NCBI GenBank assembly: GCA_964106645.2
Contig: OZ067043.1
Direction: 5' to 3' (one strand)
Length of the DNA: 64,000 nucleotides
DNA from: Podarcis pityusensis
Lineage: Eukaryota
The notes beneath the pieces were generated by a model, which did no database searches, had not been told where the DNA came from, and was given only the letters and a program-made list of their open reading frames with translations. Positions 12,638-26,710 of this stretch are shown here, piece after piece (the stretch's first letter is position 1; each line of letters begins with the position of its first letter). The translations under genes and the position numbers were made by a program.

Positions 12638-15036
12638 TACATGCACAGATTTTCCTAGAAGCTGATCAACTTCAGGCTGATTGTTTTCTCTTCCTTCTCT
12701 CTTTCAAGAAAATTCTGTATTACCCTGTGGTGTACTGAAATTGCATATAAAGCTAATTTTGGCTACTGTTTTCTAAAAAGACTGATATATAGAGCATGCA
12801 GTCTCTCATTTATTTTTTAGAAATTAAGAACATTATTTATATTTCCCCCACAATTCTCTAAGGAGTTCAGGGCAGTATGTATGGTCCTCCACCATCACTT
12901 TTTTTTTCTTATCATGGCAGCCCTGTGTTACGGTGGGTGCCTAGACACATGAAATGTTTTTGAAAACCCAATCAACAAAGCAAAATATTGATAAACTTTT
13001 AGAAAAAAATATCCTGACCAAACATATTCCTCATATTTTTTATTTCTTCTAATAACATATGAAGGCCTAGGTTCCAGCAGTTGCCAAGAATGCCTTTTGC
13101 CACTCCCATCTTGTGAAAACGCTGTGGCCCTTTCTAGCAGATCAAAACCTATCTGTCAATTCCTTACTGATAATCTGAATAAATACTTGGTCCAAGATTG
13201 TAAATAGCTACTCACTGGATCACCTCTGGCTAACAAAAATGTCAAGTAGGCACTGTGGCACATAGGTTTTACATAGCATGATTCATTACCACAAGCAGAT
13301 TAGTGATAATTGGGGGAGGGTTAATAATTTTTGTGGACCTCCCTGCAGTGCTATAGTGGTCTGATCTGTGTGGAACTATCCGTGATTGTGGACGGACTAC
13401 AACTTCACATCCCTAAACCTATGTTTAATCTCGGCCTACAACACAAAGCCTACTTTTGACGTTCGTTTCGTTTTTACTATACATGCCCACCTTTCTCTCC
13501 CACTCTTCTCTTTCTCAGAAAGTAAATAGTGGTGGTGTCTCTGTTCTTACCTGCCTTGCATTTGGCTATGCGTGAATTGTGGGGCATAACATACCCGTGA
13601 AACATAAATATTTGGGTGGTGAGAGGGGCTCACACAAAATGGAGGATGGGAAAAGGCTCTTTCTTTCATTACTGCCTCACACACACAAAATACACCCCTC
13701 ACCCGGTGCACCGGCAGGCCCTTGTCTACCATACAATATTGTGCACACTCGAGCCCACACTTGTGTCCTGACTGTGGAATCTGCGGCCTACCATCAAATT
13801 TTGGTTGATGACAGTAACTACAAAATTAGCAGTTTATGCCTACAGTCAGGCTCTTGAACGACAATAAGCCACAAGTCATGTGAATAAGACTTTACTGTAG
13901 ACACCATTTGCCCTGAGCCACAAAGGGACTTGATTTGCTGTAGCTCTTTGCCTTAGACCTTGTCCCTCTCTCCTGCTGGAAGAGCACAATTGAAGAAATA
14001 TGGCACTTACAGCATACATTTTGTAATTTTACAAAACAAGGATGCATGTCAAGGTTTTTAAAAAGTCAGTTTTGCGAACAGAATTGCTGTTAGCTAGAGA
14101 GTTTTATCAAAATGTGCACTGTATACATTCAGATCTTTTTCACTTGGATGGAGAATTCTGTTTTGATTAAAGCATTTCGTCATTTCTCAACAACAGAAAT
14201 GAAAGCTTGTTAAGAAATACAATACAATATAAATACAATTTCCATGCTACATGTGCAGCGTGGGGTTTTTTAAAAAAAAAATTTACTGGCACAAAAATTA
14301 TCAAAATAATGCTTGTCAATGTTCAGTTTTGCTCTGATGTTTTACAAATGGAAAGTTTTAATGAAATCATATATTTTTTCAACAATATGTAGCATTGGGT
14401 AATGGCCCAGTTTTGAAAACAATACTGCTAAAGCCACATTGGGCACATTCCAGCAAAAATTGGTTGTGTGACTAAAGCCATATTCGGGCATTCTTCTCCT
14501 CACGCACTAAGGTGGGGGGGGAGTGATTGTGTGCCAGCTAGCTCCTCCCCCTTGGTAGCCTCATCAACATCAACCCTTTGCCCACCACACACTGGAGGGC
14601 AAATGTCTGCAGCAGGGAGCCTGCTGTTTTTGTGTAGGCTCTCCCTCATGCAATTATAATCAAATGAAAATAAGAATGCCTGCATAGTGCTGAAGTCTCA
14701 ATGAAATCTATGGAACTTGTCAAAGAGGCCCATTCCATCCAACACAAGTGTTCCTAGGATTACTTTAGAACTGAATGGGAGTTACTTCTCAATAAAATCT
14801 GCTTGCTCCCAGATCCTACCCTAGCTTCTCATCTTTGTCTTCAAAGCTGACCATGGCCCTGTTCGCCACCCCCTTACACCCTGTCTTATATCCCAGCACA
14901 TCCCTTGTCTGAAGGTCTCCTGCTCTCTCAAACAACCCCACCCTATCTCCATTGCCTCACGTATAGGACTGTCTCATAGAATTGAAGAATTGTCAGCTAT
15001 CAACAGGAGCCAAATATCATTATATATACCATAATA

Positions 15037-15267
15037 CAGTGGTACCTCGGGTTACAGACGCTTCAGGTTACAGACGCTTCAGGTTACAGACTCCGCTAAC
15101 CTAGAAATAGTACCTCGGGCTAAGAACTTTGCTTCAGGATGAGAACAGAAATTGTGGCACGGCGGCAGCAGGAGACCCCATTAGCTAGAGTGGTGCTTCA
15201 GGTTTAGAACAGTTTCAGGTTAAGAATGGACCTCCAGAACAAATTTTCTTAACCCGACGTACCACTG
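15037..15267. mobile_element. Tc1/mariner MITE
   Basis: TA|CAGTGGTACCTCGGGTTA...TAACCCGACGTACCACTG|TA; internal tandem GGTTACAGACGCTTCA. Confidence 0.9.
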
Positions 15268-15859
15268 TATACTATGCTATATTCAATACTGATATCCGCA
15301 AGTTAAAGTCAAATGGAAATCAAATATCAACAGATGTAACACACATATAGTAACTTGTTCAAATTACACAAGGTGAATATTCAATATAAAAATTCATAGA
15401 GTTTTAAGAATTTTTGGAAGCAAATTTCATTGATTGCTACAAGATTTCCAATTGATCACACAACCTGCTACTTCCTTTCCTTCCCTTTGGTTCCTTTGAA
15501 AGTAGTTGTTTTCTTGTTGAGGTGGATCTAGCCCCAATACCCCCTTCTTCCCCCCTCAGCTCTCAACATTTCAACATAACTCCTGCTTGCAAATATCAAT
15601 GGCGGAAAAGAAGATGCGGGGGTTACTAAGACCCTCCTGCTTATCTTGCTCCACAAAGGCAAAGGAAAATGGCCTGAGTGAAAGCAAGGTGAGGTAGCAT
15701 CAACTTGCCCCTTAAAACTGGCATCCACAACCTTCGATGCCTTTATCTAGAACCATCCTCCTTCTCAGTCTGCTTTACAAAAATCTTTCATATATAATGT
15801 TATACCTCAACAGACATATATTAAGAGGCCATGAGATGGCTCAGAGTCCTTTGACTCAA

Positions 15860-16040
15860 AGCTGGTTTGCTATAGTGGTTAGAGTTTTGGGCTAGGACTT
15901 GAGAGACCAGGGTTGAAATCCCTACTTGACCATGAAGCTCACTGGGTGACCTTGGGTCAGTCACTGCCCCTCAGCATAATCTACCATGCAGAGTTTGCTG
16001 TGGGGATTAATTGAGGTGGGGAGAGCCACAGGTGAGATAT
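15860..16040 (+). mobile_element. Old tRNA-derived SINE (Squam3/MIR-like)
   Basis: A-box-like TAGTGGTTAGAG, B-box-like GGTTGAAATCCC, then CTGGGTGACCTTGGG core shared with the 36622 copy. Confidence 0.7.
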
Positions 16041-17209
16041 CAATGCAATGAATGAATGAATTTCAGCTTCTGCTTTCTCTACCAGCTCAGCTAAGGCTGA
16101 GTGGTTCCTCACCCAATAGACAATTATAAACTACCTCACACAAAAGCTGGATCTGATTAGGAAACAGCCCAAACATAAAAACAACCCATGTCTATTTCTT
16201 CCTAACACTTTCTCTGTTGGTTTTGACCAGGCTTCACCAACCTGGTGCCCTCCAGCAGCGCTGTCTGGGGCTGATGGAAGTTGTAGTCTATAAAGGATTT
16301 GGAAGGCACCAGGTTGGTTGGTGATGGCTTCAATCAAAGATGATTCTCAAGCTTTTGCTTCATTTGAATCTATTTGCATAATGGATCCAGCACAACATAA
16401 GCAGCATACTGGAAAATTCCAAGGGATCCATGAGTATAAAAATAGTTAACAGAGTTTAATATAAATGATGAAGCAAAAGCAGTGCCCAACACTGAATGAG
16501 TAAAAGCTGCCCTGTAATTAGCAGGATCCCAGAAAGGGGAGGTGTCTTTCTTATGCCCCCGAACTGGAGAAAGTGTCTGATACCTTTCCACATGGTTGCT
16601 GGCACTGCCTTCCTTGGCTAAATAGTTGTGAAATTCCTACTCCAGCTTTAGACAAAATGGTTAGGTGGGTGGCCATGGCTTTGTCATTGGGCTATTACAT
16701 TCCAGTTGTGTAAGGCAATGAAATGACGTGATCCATTTACTGTAAGTGATGAGAAATCCCCTGGCTCTGCATTTAAAAACAACATATTCCTCTCAGCGCT
16801 GGGTTAAAAGCCAACCCACTAGCCTTAGTCAACAAGTAACTGCATCATGTTTTCCCAAACAAATATCCACAAGGAAATGTAGAACTCCTTAGTGGCTCTA
16901 AAGCCAGAGAAGGGGGAATAGGGAGGGCTGCATGTGGAGTATCCATCCTGGAGATGGATGTGCTGGGAGATTTTAAATTAGATGGGGCTGTGTGGCATAA
17001 ATATAAGTATATAGTGCCTGTAAATTACTCCGAAGATGCCAAACGCTACCATCTTTTAGTCAGGCTAGCATCTGTGCTATAGGTTTTCCAATGACCAAAG
17101 CAGTAAAATGTTCTAGAAATGATGCTTCTATTTTTAAACAATGGGTTTTGCCGCCCAAATCATTTATATTACTGTGGGTGGTTACATGTTAAATGCTTAG
17201 GATCCATGC

Positions 17210-17290
17210 ATAGAATAATAGAATTGTAGAGTTGGAAGGGATCCTCAAGGGCCATCTAGTCTGACCCCTGCAATGCAGGAGTCACAACTA
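17210..17290 (-). mobile_element. Short CR1-type 3' end
   Basis: CATAGAAT...GAGTTGGAAGGGA is the reverse complement of a CR1 3' terminus with an ATTCT tail. Confidence 0.6.
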
Positions 17291-17944
17291 AAGAATCCTC
17301 AAACCACCTTCTCTCAATGTAATCCATCTGTTGTGGATTTATCATATTTTCTCAACACTGGATTTTGGACACTTCCAGGTGAGATTTTATTTTGTGATTG
17401 ATGCGCCTCATGCAACTTTTTTGCAGCATCATTGCTGTGTAGCAAAATGACATCCTGCATCTCCTCCCCACCCCATTTAATCCAGACTAAACTTTACAGA
17501 CAAAATCTAATAAGTAAAATGACTGCTGCCACAATACATTTGTGGTATCTCAACACCTTGTTTGCAAATTAAGCCCCTGTCTGGAAGCACCCTTTGTTTC
17601 TGGGGAATATAATGTCACATGAATACCAGGGGCCATAACAAACTGGCTCCATGCCTCACTCATTCTGAGAAATATATACGGCTGTGTACACATTACCATT
17701 TGCTCTGGCTCCAGCTGTTTGAAGCCATGTAGACAGAACTTTAGCCACAATCCATACCTGTAGTTTCCTGCGAAATTCTGCTGCTTGATGCATTTTCCCT
17801 CAAACCAGATTCCATCCAATTTGAAAGTGTTCTTTGTGGTTAAATCTCTACTGTGTACATGCAGCATGTAAATGCAACATGAAATACAGTGGCTGAGGGA
17901 ACAACCTTTCTAGGTTTTAAGCTGCTAATGTGTACATAGCCCTA

Positions 17945-18304
17945 AAAAGGCAAAGGTACCCCTGACTGTTAGGTCCAGTCACGGACGACTCTGGGGTTGC
18001 GCGCTCATCTCACTCTATAGGCCGAGGGAGCCGGCGTTTGTCTGTAGACAGCTTCCGGGCCATGTGGCCAGCATGACTGAGCCGCTTCTGGCGAACCAGA
18101 GCAGCACACGGAAACGCCGTTTACCTTCCTGCCAGAGTGGTACCTATTTATTTACTTGCACTTGACGTGCTTTTGAACTGCTAGGTGGGCAGGAGCTGGG
18201 TGCAAACAACAGGAGCTCACCCTGTTGTGGGGATTCGAACCGCCGACCTTCTGAATGGCAAGCCCTAGGCTCTGTGGTTTAGACCACAGCACCACCTGCG
18301 TCCC
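17945..18304 (-). mobile_element. Sauria SINE (Squam1), full length
   Basis: Minus strand begins GGGACGCAGGTGGTGCTGTGGTCTAAACC with B-box GGTTCGAATCCCC and ends in an ACCTTT-type tail; ~360 bp. Confidence 0.9.
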
Positions 18305-21300
18305 TATGTACAGAGCCCTAGTTTTGAACAAAAGTTTCGGGCCGTGCTGCTCCTTCCTCTTAATGCTGCACTGCCCGTCATCTCAGAAAACTTTGACACT
18401 TTTTGTCTAAATCTCCCTGCACATTCTGTGTTTTCCAGTTGTGGATAGTCAGTACCATCAAAAATGGTATAGGCAAAGGAGGCGATACGACTATTTTCTA
18501 ACACCACAGCAAGGCTAACACTGCCACTCCCCTGCCAAAGTATTCTTCCTCCTTCTCTCCAATCATAGTGGTGGATGAGCCAACAGATTGTTGGCTCCAG
18601 ATAGTGTTAGCATTACTATAGAACTAAAGATAAAATCTGGATTTTTAAAAAATCAGCTGAAAAAATCTTTAGTTGCCATGTTCTCTGCTGCTGACAATTT
18701 TTTCAAAGGACCTCTGGCTAGCCATAGGGTATTCTCACAGGGAAACGTGTTTTTGGTGAGAGGTTGAACTAGGAATGTTGCCTCCCACACATTCCTTGCT
18801 CCAGCTCCTGCTCTCCCCCCCCCCCCCGCCACTTTTCACCTGGGAATCTTCAGTTCCAGATGGGGCTTACTCAGCAGGGAGCCTGCATCATGTCTCTGAA
18901 ACCTCAGACCAAAAGGAGAAAAGCTCTGGGCTCGGAGGCTATGTTTGAGTACGAGAGAACAATGTAATTCCAGACCGATGAACAGCTGACCTGTGCGTAT
19001 TGCTTGCTTCGTGCCAGGTGGAAAAAGACCAAGGCTGTAGTACCACCCGCCCAGAGCCATGAACACTTTACCACTCACTTCTTTAGACACAGCAGGTCTG
19101 GGTTTCATTTTTCATTTATCTGCTTTTCAAATAATGTTACTCATACAGATCGGCTGTCTGTACACACCACTCACGGTGCTTGTCTGCATTGTTTCCTTAG
19201 ATTTAGATTCTTCTCTCCTTACCCTTTCAGAGTCAGCTGTGAGTAATCCTTTTGAAATCGATGGGACAAGTCAGACACTCAATAGCACTGTGTAAGAATA
19301 TTCCTTGCTTTGAGGCTTTAAGTTTCAACTGCTGTTTATGTTGTTGTTTCTTCTTATGGCCTAGACTTCATTTACCGTAATATGCTTTGGGACAGATCCT
19401 TGTCTACTGAAAAACTGCAACAGCTCATCAATTTCAGTTACATCAGATGACTTTCTGATCCATTCAGTTCCCTGATTTTTGTTTTAATGAGAATTAAGGG
19501 AGAATCTGCCCATTTGTTTTCTTTTTGTTTCTCTCACTTTGCTTATTGTTTTACCAGCTTCTTCACAAAGGTCCTTCCTTTCCGTCTTTTCCCATATTCT
19601 TGTCTTCATCTCCATACTGCCTTTCATATTTTATTCAACCAGCACTCTCTTTTTGCTGCTTTGACACCAAGGCCCAGATCCTGGACTGGTGAAAACTGAC
19701 TTTCCCCCCTAAACCACACAACTGCTGCATAGGAGCTGTGCAAAGTCCACCTGTCTGCATCACGTATAATAGCAGCAGAATTGCCATACAAAATGCACCA
19801 CTTGTATTTTCTCTGTGTGTTTCCTCTCTTCCTTGGGGAGGAACTGACGTTTACTTTTCTCAGAAGAAGACCGCCCTGTGGGATGTAAAACATCAACAAT
19901 CATTATCCATACTGGTGCAATATAGTGGGAACAGAGCTTTGTGCCACCCTAGGGTCTTGGTTGGACTCTCTGAAGGTCACTTGACAAGGTCTGGTGTGTG
20001 AATTACCATGTTTGTAATGCTGGGGCACAATCTTCTGTTTTAAGTGCGTGCTTGGGAGGACTCGACAGAAAAGCATTTGGGACACAGCCCGGTCCTTTCT
20101 CAGTGCAAAACTGCAGCAGATCAATGAATATTTTAACAAAGAAATATTTCATTAAAAGGGTTGATTGCTTAATGAACTGTCCCTGCGAGCCATCAGACTG
20201 CAATGGTTCTCCCCCCACCTCCCTTTAACAAAGGCAAAGATTCATATCACGAAGAACTGGCTTATCAAATTACCGTAATAGCCTGTGTAGAACATGCACT
20301 CTTCAAGAATAGCTTGTGATGTAAACAGGGTACGAGGACTGGCTCATGTGGCAGAATGATGGGCAGCTACTTTTGCTTATACAGAATGTGTGACATTTGA
20401 TATGGACACATCAGCATTGTGGGGTGTCTACTGTACATATTTGTTTAGGACCTAGAACTACCAAGACCTGGGCTGGATTGGGTCCTTTAGGTAGTAGTTC
20501 TAGAAGAATTCTTGTCCTAGACCTAAGTACAATGAGCATGGATATGTCTATATGTGTGACATAATTTCCCACCATGTAACTTACTGAACAAGATGTGCCA
20601 TCTATTTCAAAATACCATAGCTCATCTGTGATTTTTATTTGACAAGTATTTAATAATAATCTCCCACGATCAGCTTTCAGCTGTGTTAAATCTGATTTAC
20701 ACCCATTCTTTTTTCTCTGTATGATTAGAAATTGCTCTGATTATTAAGGGTGTCGTCGACTAAACACTGCTGCTCTGCAACCTTGATACATCTCAGCAGG
20801 ACAGTGTGGAAGCTTCACACAAACCCTCATCAGTGGAAGCCTTGGTGGTGCTGGTAGCAACAGCAGTGTTTGGTGGGGAAAGCGGAAACTGTAGTCTATA
20901 CCCAATGAAGAGTTTTCTCTTACTGCTTGTTTGCACTTGCTCATTGTGCAAGATGAGCTGGAAGCCCAGAAAGCAGATTTCTTTTCTAGCTACATGAAGC
21001 CGTATTTCCAGCTGTATTTTAGTAAAAAAATAAAAATAAAAATAGTCTCAGGATTTCAAACAGCTACTCTTAGGGCTCACACGGAAGTGATAAAATGTCT
21101 TTAGAGGGCAGTATGTAACATACAGTTTAACAGCATGAGAAACTGTACAGGTATTTTATGAGATTTGAAATCTCTGCCCTGATTGGTAGGAAACACAAGT
21201 CATTAAGGACCACAAAATGAACAATAACCTGACAAGAAACAACCAATTTTCCATCAATTAGAATGAAGCCTCCTTTTGTTTTGGGGCTTATTTTTTAATA

Positions 21301-22317
21301 TAAAATTAAGGGTGCTGATTGGTGATTACTTTTGTCTGACGACAGTTCATTACAATGTACAGGAAGAGAATGTTAACCGTTAGAACTAACAAAGAAAGGG
21401 GAGAGTACAAAAATAAAGAAGGCTGGTGTTACAGCAGCTCCAAACAGCCTGATAAGGTGGTCTTCCTGAGGGCAAACACAAATCTAGCAGACCAGTTTTT
21501 TCCTGAGCTAACAGAGCTCTCTTGGAGCCTTACACAGAGGTTACACAGATCAGCATCCGTTCCCAAAGAATGCAAGCACTCGGATGAAAAGCAAGAATAA
21601 TCAACGGACAGCTCATTAAATCTGTTCTGCAAAGGGAATTGTTTTATTGGAACCACTGCTTATCTTGTTAAGCAACAAACTATTACAGCCCACACTAGCT
21701 TTCAAACCCTCCTATACATCTATGGGGAGAAAAGAGGTTTCTCAGGGCTAGTACATATCCACAGATTAGCTTCTTTTGCTCCTGGATTTTGCAGAAGCAT
21801 GCAAGTGCAGAAAAGCATCCCTGGAAAAGGTGGGTGTCTTGACAGGGCCAGCACCTGCAGCTCCTGCTTTGTATATAGGAATTCCCAGGTTCAATGCCTA
21901 GCTGCAGCCAGGAAGCACTGGAAAAGATGCCTGTCTGAAAAGAGACACTCTCATTCCATGTCAGATGGGTTTGGACTAAATATAAGGGCGCTTCCTGAGT
22001 TTCTGTTCATTTCCATGCCTCTTGTTCATTCACGGCCATCATTGTTTTGTCGAGGGTTCTTCTGAACATGGGTGTTTATTTTTAATTCCATCTCCCTGAT
22101 CTTCCAGCATATTAATCATTTTCATTGCTTCTTTCTACAATTTTGTTGGCGCTACTCTTTTGTTCTTCTCAAAACACCGCAATTGAGTCATGATCCTTGG
22201 GCAATCATTTTCATGTGCATCATCTTCCTCTCTCATATTAAACAATCCAAGGAAGTTAAAATGTTGGCATATTCAAGGCAGACCAAATCAAGTGCTTTTT
22301 CACACACAATACATACT

Positions 22318-22611
22318 TAATGGAATGAGCTCCCACAAGATGTAGCGATGTCCACCAACTTGGATGGCTTTAAAGAAGGATTAGACAAATTCATGAAGGA
22401 TAAGTCTATCAGTAGCTACTAGTCATGATAGTTATGTTCTACCAATACTGTTGGAGGCAGCATGCCTGCGGGGAATCACAAGTGGGGAGAGTGTTGTTGC
22501 GCTCAGGTTCTGCTTGCATGCTTCCCATAGGCATCTGGTTGGCCATTGTAAGAACAGGATGCTGGACTAGATGGGCCATTTGCCTGATCCAACAGGGCCC
22601 TTATGCTCTTA
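22318..22611 (+). mobile_element. CR1 LINE 3' fragment, older subfamily
   Basis: Degenerate WN.LP..VV...LDGFK.GLDKFM coding end followed by a CR1-like 3' UTR (GGACTAGATGGGCC...CTGATCCA...CTTATG). Confidence 0.75.
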
Positions 22612-22912
22612 CGATCAACTTTTCACCTTTAAAGAAAATGATTGGAATCCATATATGTCACAAGGGTGTCGTAGAACAGGGATGGTGCTGACTCAATAGC
22701 TAGTACAAGATACACTGAACTAACCTGCCATCAGAGTTCTCCTGCCATAAGAGATAAGGTGGAAGAGGAGGGCCTTTTCACCTTTGAACATCCTCCATGA
22801 AGAAGCTTAGCTGACTGAGAGGTTTTCATTCTACCAGGTGATTGATGATTTTGTATTTGCTGGTAGTTTCTGTTTTTCTACTCTTCTGTTTTATTGATTT
22901 TTAATATCTTAT

Positions 22913-23365
22913 TGTCAGGGGACTGTCATCGGAATGGGGGAGGGAGGCAGGGGAATATCAAGAGCCTCCGAAGCTTCTGAGAAGCAGCTCCTCATCCGTC
23001 AGTGGAGAAAGCCACACCTCCAGTGGAGCGGGGGGGGGGGAGGGGGATAGCCGAGTGAAGGGAAGGCTCGAAGATGCTTTTGAGAGCCAAAGCGCCTCAG
23101 CTAGCCCAGCCGGCCAGGAGGCAAACACGTCACTTCCGTCACCCTGCTTGCACAGAGGGTTGAAATGTAAGGAGGGGAGGCGGAGTTTTGGGGTGTCCAA
23201 GTTCTTACTGGGGAGAAACCGGAAAGGGGCACTCCCGGAATCTGCAAGTGACCGAGACAGACATGAACTTTGGGTTTCTGCACTGAACATAGTTTGCACC
23301 AATAAAACCTGTAAAAGACAGGTCAGAGTCCTGCCTGGTTACTCACGAGCAACCAGCACCTGACA
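22913..23365 (+). mobile_element. Solo LTR (453 bp) of a second LTR family
   Basis: Termini TGTCAGG...CCTGACA, flanks CTTAT/CTTAC (5-bp TSD, 1 mismatch), AATAAA ~60 bp from the 3' end, GC/CpG-rich versus flanks. Confidence 0.8.
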
Positions 23366-25143
23366 CTTACATATTTTTATTCTTGTTTTGGAATTACAAT
23401 CATATTGCAAAGTTCCCTGAGATCATTATTATTTTATTGCTATGGGTTTCTGGGTGCCTCAACTCCCCTAAATTCCTGGGCCTATTAGGTGTTTAAGTTT
23501 ACTCAGTGCTTGGAATATTAAGATGGGCTGCCAGGCGGTGAATTTAGCAGTGTCAAAACACAGGCCAGCCTGATAGTGGCCGCTAAGTCATTAACAGGGA
23601 TATGCCATCAGCTAAACTAAGACTACATGCCAGCCAGCAAATGGGTGAAGTCCCATTCTATGCTCTGGGAAGTAAGCATAAGACAATGCCAGTTTTTTGG
23701 GGGGGAGAAAGTTTTAGGATTGCAGTTGGGGATGGAGGAAAAATAGTTGCAGTCTGTTAAACACGGCAAGCTGAGGGATGGAGTCAGAGCACAATGTCGA
23801 CTGACCGTTTGAAGCTGCAGGAATGGGAGAAACAGGATCCTCTTGGAGTGTAATGCTTTGAACACCCCTGCCATAGGCTCAGGTTGTAGATATGTGTAAA
23901 TTAACCATATATCCTAAAGACAACATGGTCTCCATTGTGCCTTGTTTCCAAAGGAAACACAGACTCTGCGTAAGCTACTGGACCTCTGGAAACTGGTGCT
24001 GCTCAGAGACAGGAGAGGCGTGTAACATTATATAAATATATTATTATATAAATAGAAATATATGCAGTCTTTATATTGTTCCCATGTCATGGCTTTGCTG
24101 TCTCATAATTGGGACCACCTTGCCCACAAGGTGTGGATTTGTTTTAACTTTCTACATGGGCACAGAATGTGAGCTGCATAATAGGTAAAAATCAACAGGT
24201 GTCAATTTCCCTGGCATAGAGAGGCAGGCACTGGTGGAAACAGTTCACCTGTTGATTTCCACCAGTAACCTTTTTTTAAGTGTTTCTCCGTGAAAAGGCA
24301 GAAAGCTTATAATGTGAGTTCAAGTGTTACTAAGCCAATTGTTTCTTGGAGAGGGTCAGGCAAATACATCTGGCTCGTTTTCCTGTTTCTTTGTACAGTA
24401 CTATTTGTGGTATTGCACTGGAAGATTTCAATACACACCTGCAAAAAATTGTTTCTCAGATCAAGATATGTTAAACTGTAAATTTTGTTTGCAACTTTCC
24501 TACAAAAGGTACTCGTGCTGAATAAATAGCCCACTTTAAATGGCAGTGTTGCTCTTTTTGATTGAAATGGGTTAGTAAGCAATTTTTAAAGGTCATTTTT
24601 ACATTTTGGTTTGTTTTGAAATGTATTTGTAAACAAATTTAATGTCATTTACATAACTTGCAGTTGGTAATACAGGTGTCGGAAAGAGGTCCACATTTCA
24701 CTCAAAGGGACTGGCTCCTATTGCTTTATATCTTCCCCAGCGCACAGGTGCAGCCTTGAGTTTTTGCAACAAAATAAAAGTGTGTCTGTGGTATTATCAT
24801 ATTTTTTAGGGAAACTGTGACCTGCTAAAATGAAAGGTTTACTTCTCCTATATGTATGATAGAAAATCTGGGAAATGGAAATCTACACAGAGAGTTTTGA
24901 TATACAGTCCATTCAGGAGGATCTCCTAGGCAAGCCCAGTTGAAATCACTGGGAGTGCTGCAAGAGTATGATGGCGTTTTTGTAAATTTTCCATGCCTTT
25001 CAACAGGGCTTGCTCAGAAGGCCTTTACAATGGATTATGTAAGTGGTTCTCAAATGGTATGTGGCAGACCACACTGGTGTGGCAGGAGAGGGTGGCAATT
25101 GAGGGAAAATCCAAGGGCAAGCAAAGAAACAAGGAAACATTTC

Positions 25144-25188
25144 AGTATAGTATAGTATAGTATAGTATAGTATAGTATAGTATAGTAT
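25144..25188. repeat. (AGTAT)n pentanucleotide microsatellite
   Basis: About nine perfect units. Confidence 0.95.
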
Positions 25189-25745
25189 TTATTTGCAGAA
25201 TATGGATAGATACATTTTCAAAACGAGAGCAAGAGCATCAGGTGATATTGAGGACAATCCTAGTTGTGATGCAGAATTGCTGTTCGAACTGCACTGGATA
25301 ATAGCATTAGCTATTCTTCTACAGGGATTTTAAACTCTGACAAATATGAAAGATCAGACAAGAGAAAGGCTTATTTGTGTTGATGAGGAGAGGGGGGTTT
25401 GTTTGTCTCAAATTAGACCTAATATAAATGAGATTACCCAGCAAAAGCAAGCTCATGCCTCTCATTGAGTTTGTGTACATCCTTAAGTTACATATGTAAG
25501 AGACTCATCGATAATTATATTTTGGGGGTGATTCATGTTGCATTGTTTTAAACTTTCTGGATGTCCCATGATCATATTATAACGTAGTTGTGTTCTATGT
25601 TATAAATCAAGCACTGCTAGGAGTTGTTTCTTTTCCCCCCCCAGTGTATTTCTTACCAATAAGTGTGTGCGAGCAAATTTTTGTTCTGAAAGTGTGGTCC
25701 AGAAAAAACGTTTGAGAACCAATGGATTATGTCTTTGGAGTAAGA

Positions 25746-26368
25746 TTGTTGTTGTTGTTGTTTAATCATTTAGTCATGTCTGACTCTTCGTGACCCCATG
25801 GACCAGAGCGCGCCAGGCACTCCTGTCTTCCACTGCCTCCCGCAGTTTGGTCAGACTCATGTTTGTAGCTTCGAAAACACTGTCCAACCATCTCGTCCTC
25901 TGTCATCTCCTTCTCCTTGTGCCCTCCATCTTTCCCAACATCAGGGTCTTTTCCAGGGAGTCTTCTCTTCTCATGAGGTGGCCAAAGTATTGGAGCCTCA
26001 GCTTCACGATCTGTCCTTCCAGTGAGCACTCAGGGCTGATTTCCTTAAGAATGGATACGTTTGATCTTCTTGCAGTCCATGGGACTCTCAAGAGTCTCCT
26101 CCAGCACCATAATTCAAAAGCATCAATTCTTCGGCGATCAGCCTTCTTTATGATCCAGCTCTCACTTCCATACATCACTACTGGGAAAACCATAGCTTTT
26201 ACTATACAGACCTTTGTTGGCAAGGTGATGTTTCTGCTTTTTAAGATGCTGTCTAGGTTTGTCATTGCCTTTCTCCCAAGAAGCAGGCATCTTTTAATTT
26301 CGTGGCTGCTGTCACCATCTGCAGTGATCATGGAGCCCAAGAAAGTAAAATCTCTCACTGCCTCCATT
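25746..26368 (-). mobile_element. RTE-BovB LINE, 5'-truncated 3' fragment
   Basis: ORF 25903..26367 encodes the BovB C-terminus (VFPVVMYGSESW...IDAFELWCWRRLLRVPWTARRSN...LQYFGHLMRR); (CAA)n tail at 25746-25762. Confidence 0.95.
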
Positions 26369-26673
26369 ACTATTTATTAGCTTCCATGCCTCTGAACTGA
26401 ACAGTAGCCTGTCCTATAGACTTTAGAAGACCATAATACATATCAACCTGCCACAAACAGCTTCTCTTTATATGAATTTATGCAGATCAAGCTACAGATA
26501 AAGGACAATTTTTTTCTGGTCAGTTGACAACCCTATTTTGTGGTGTCCTCCCAGCCACACTGAATCATTCACATGTTTTCAGGCACTCCCACTGAGTCTT
26601 AGGCTGAAATCCTATACTCACAACCCTGGGAATATGTTCCACTGAACTCAATAGGATTTACTTCCGAGGAGAT

Positions 26674-26710
<37 letters not shown>

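Noticed and set aside
25790-26380. 196-aa plus-strand ORF
   Set aside because: Antisense frame of the BovB fragment
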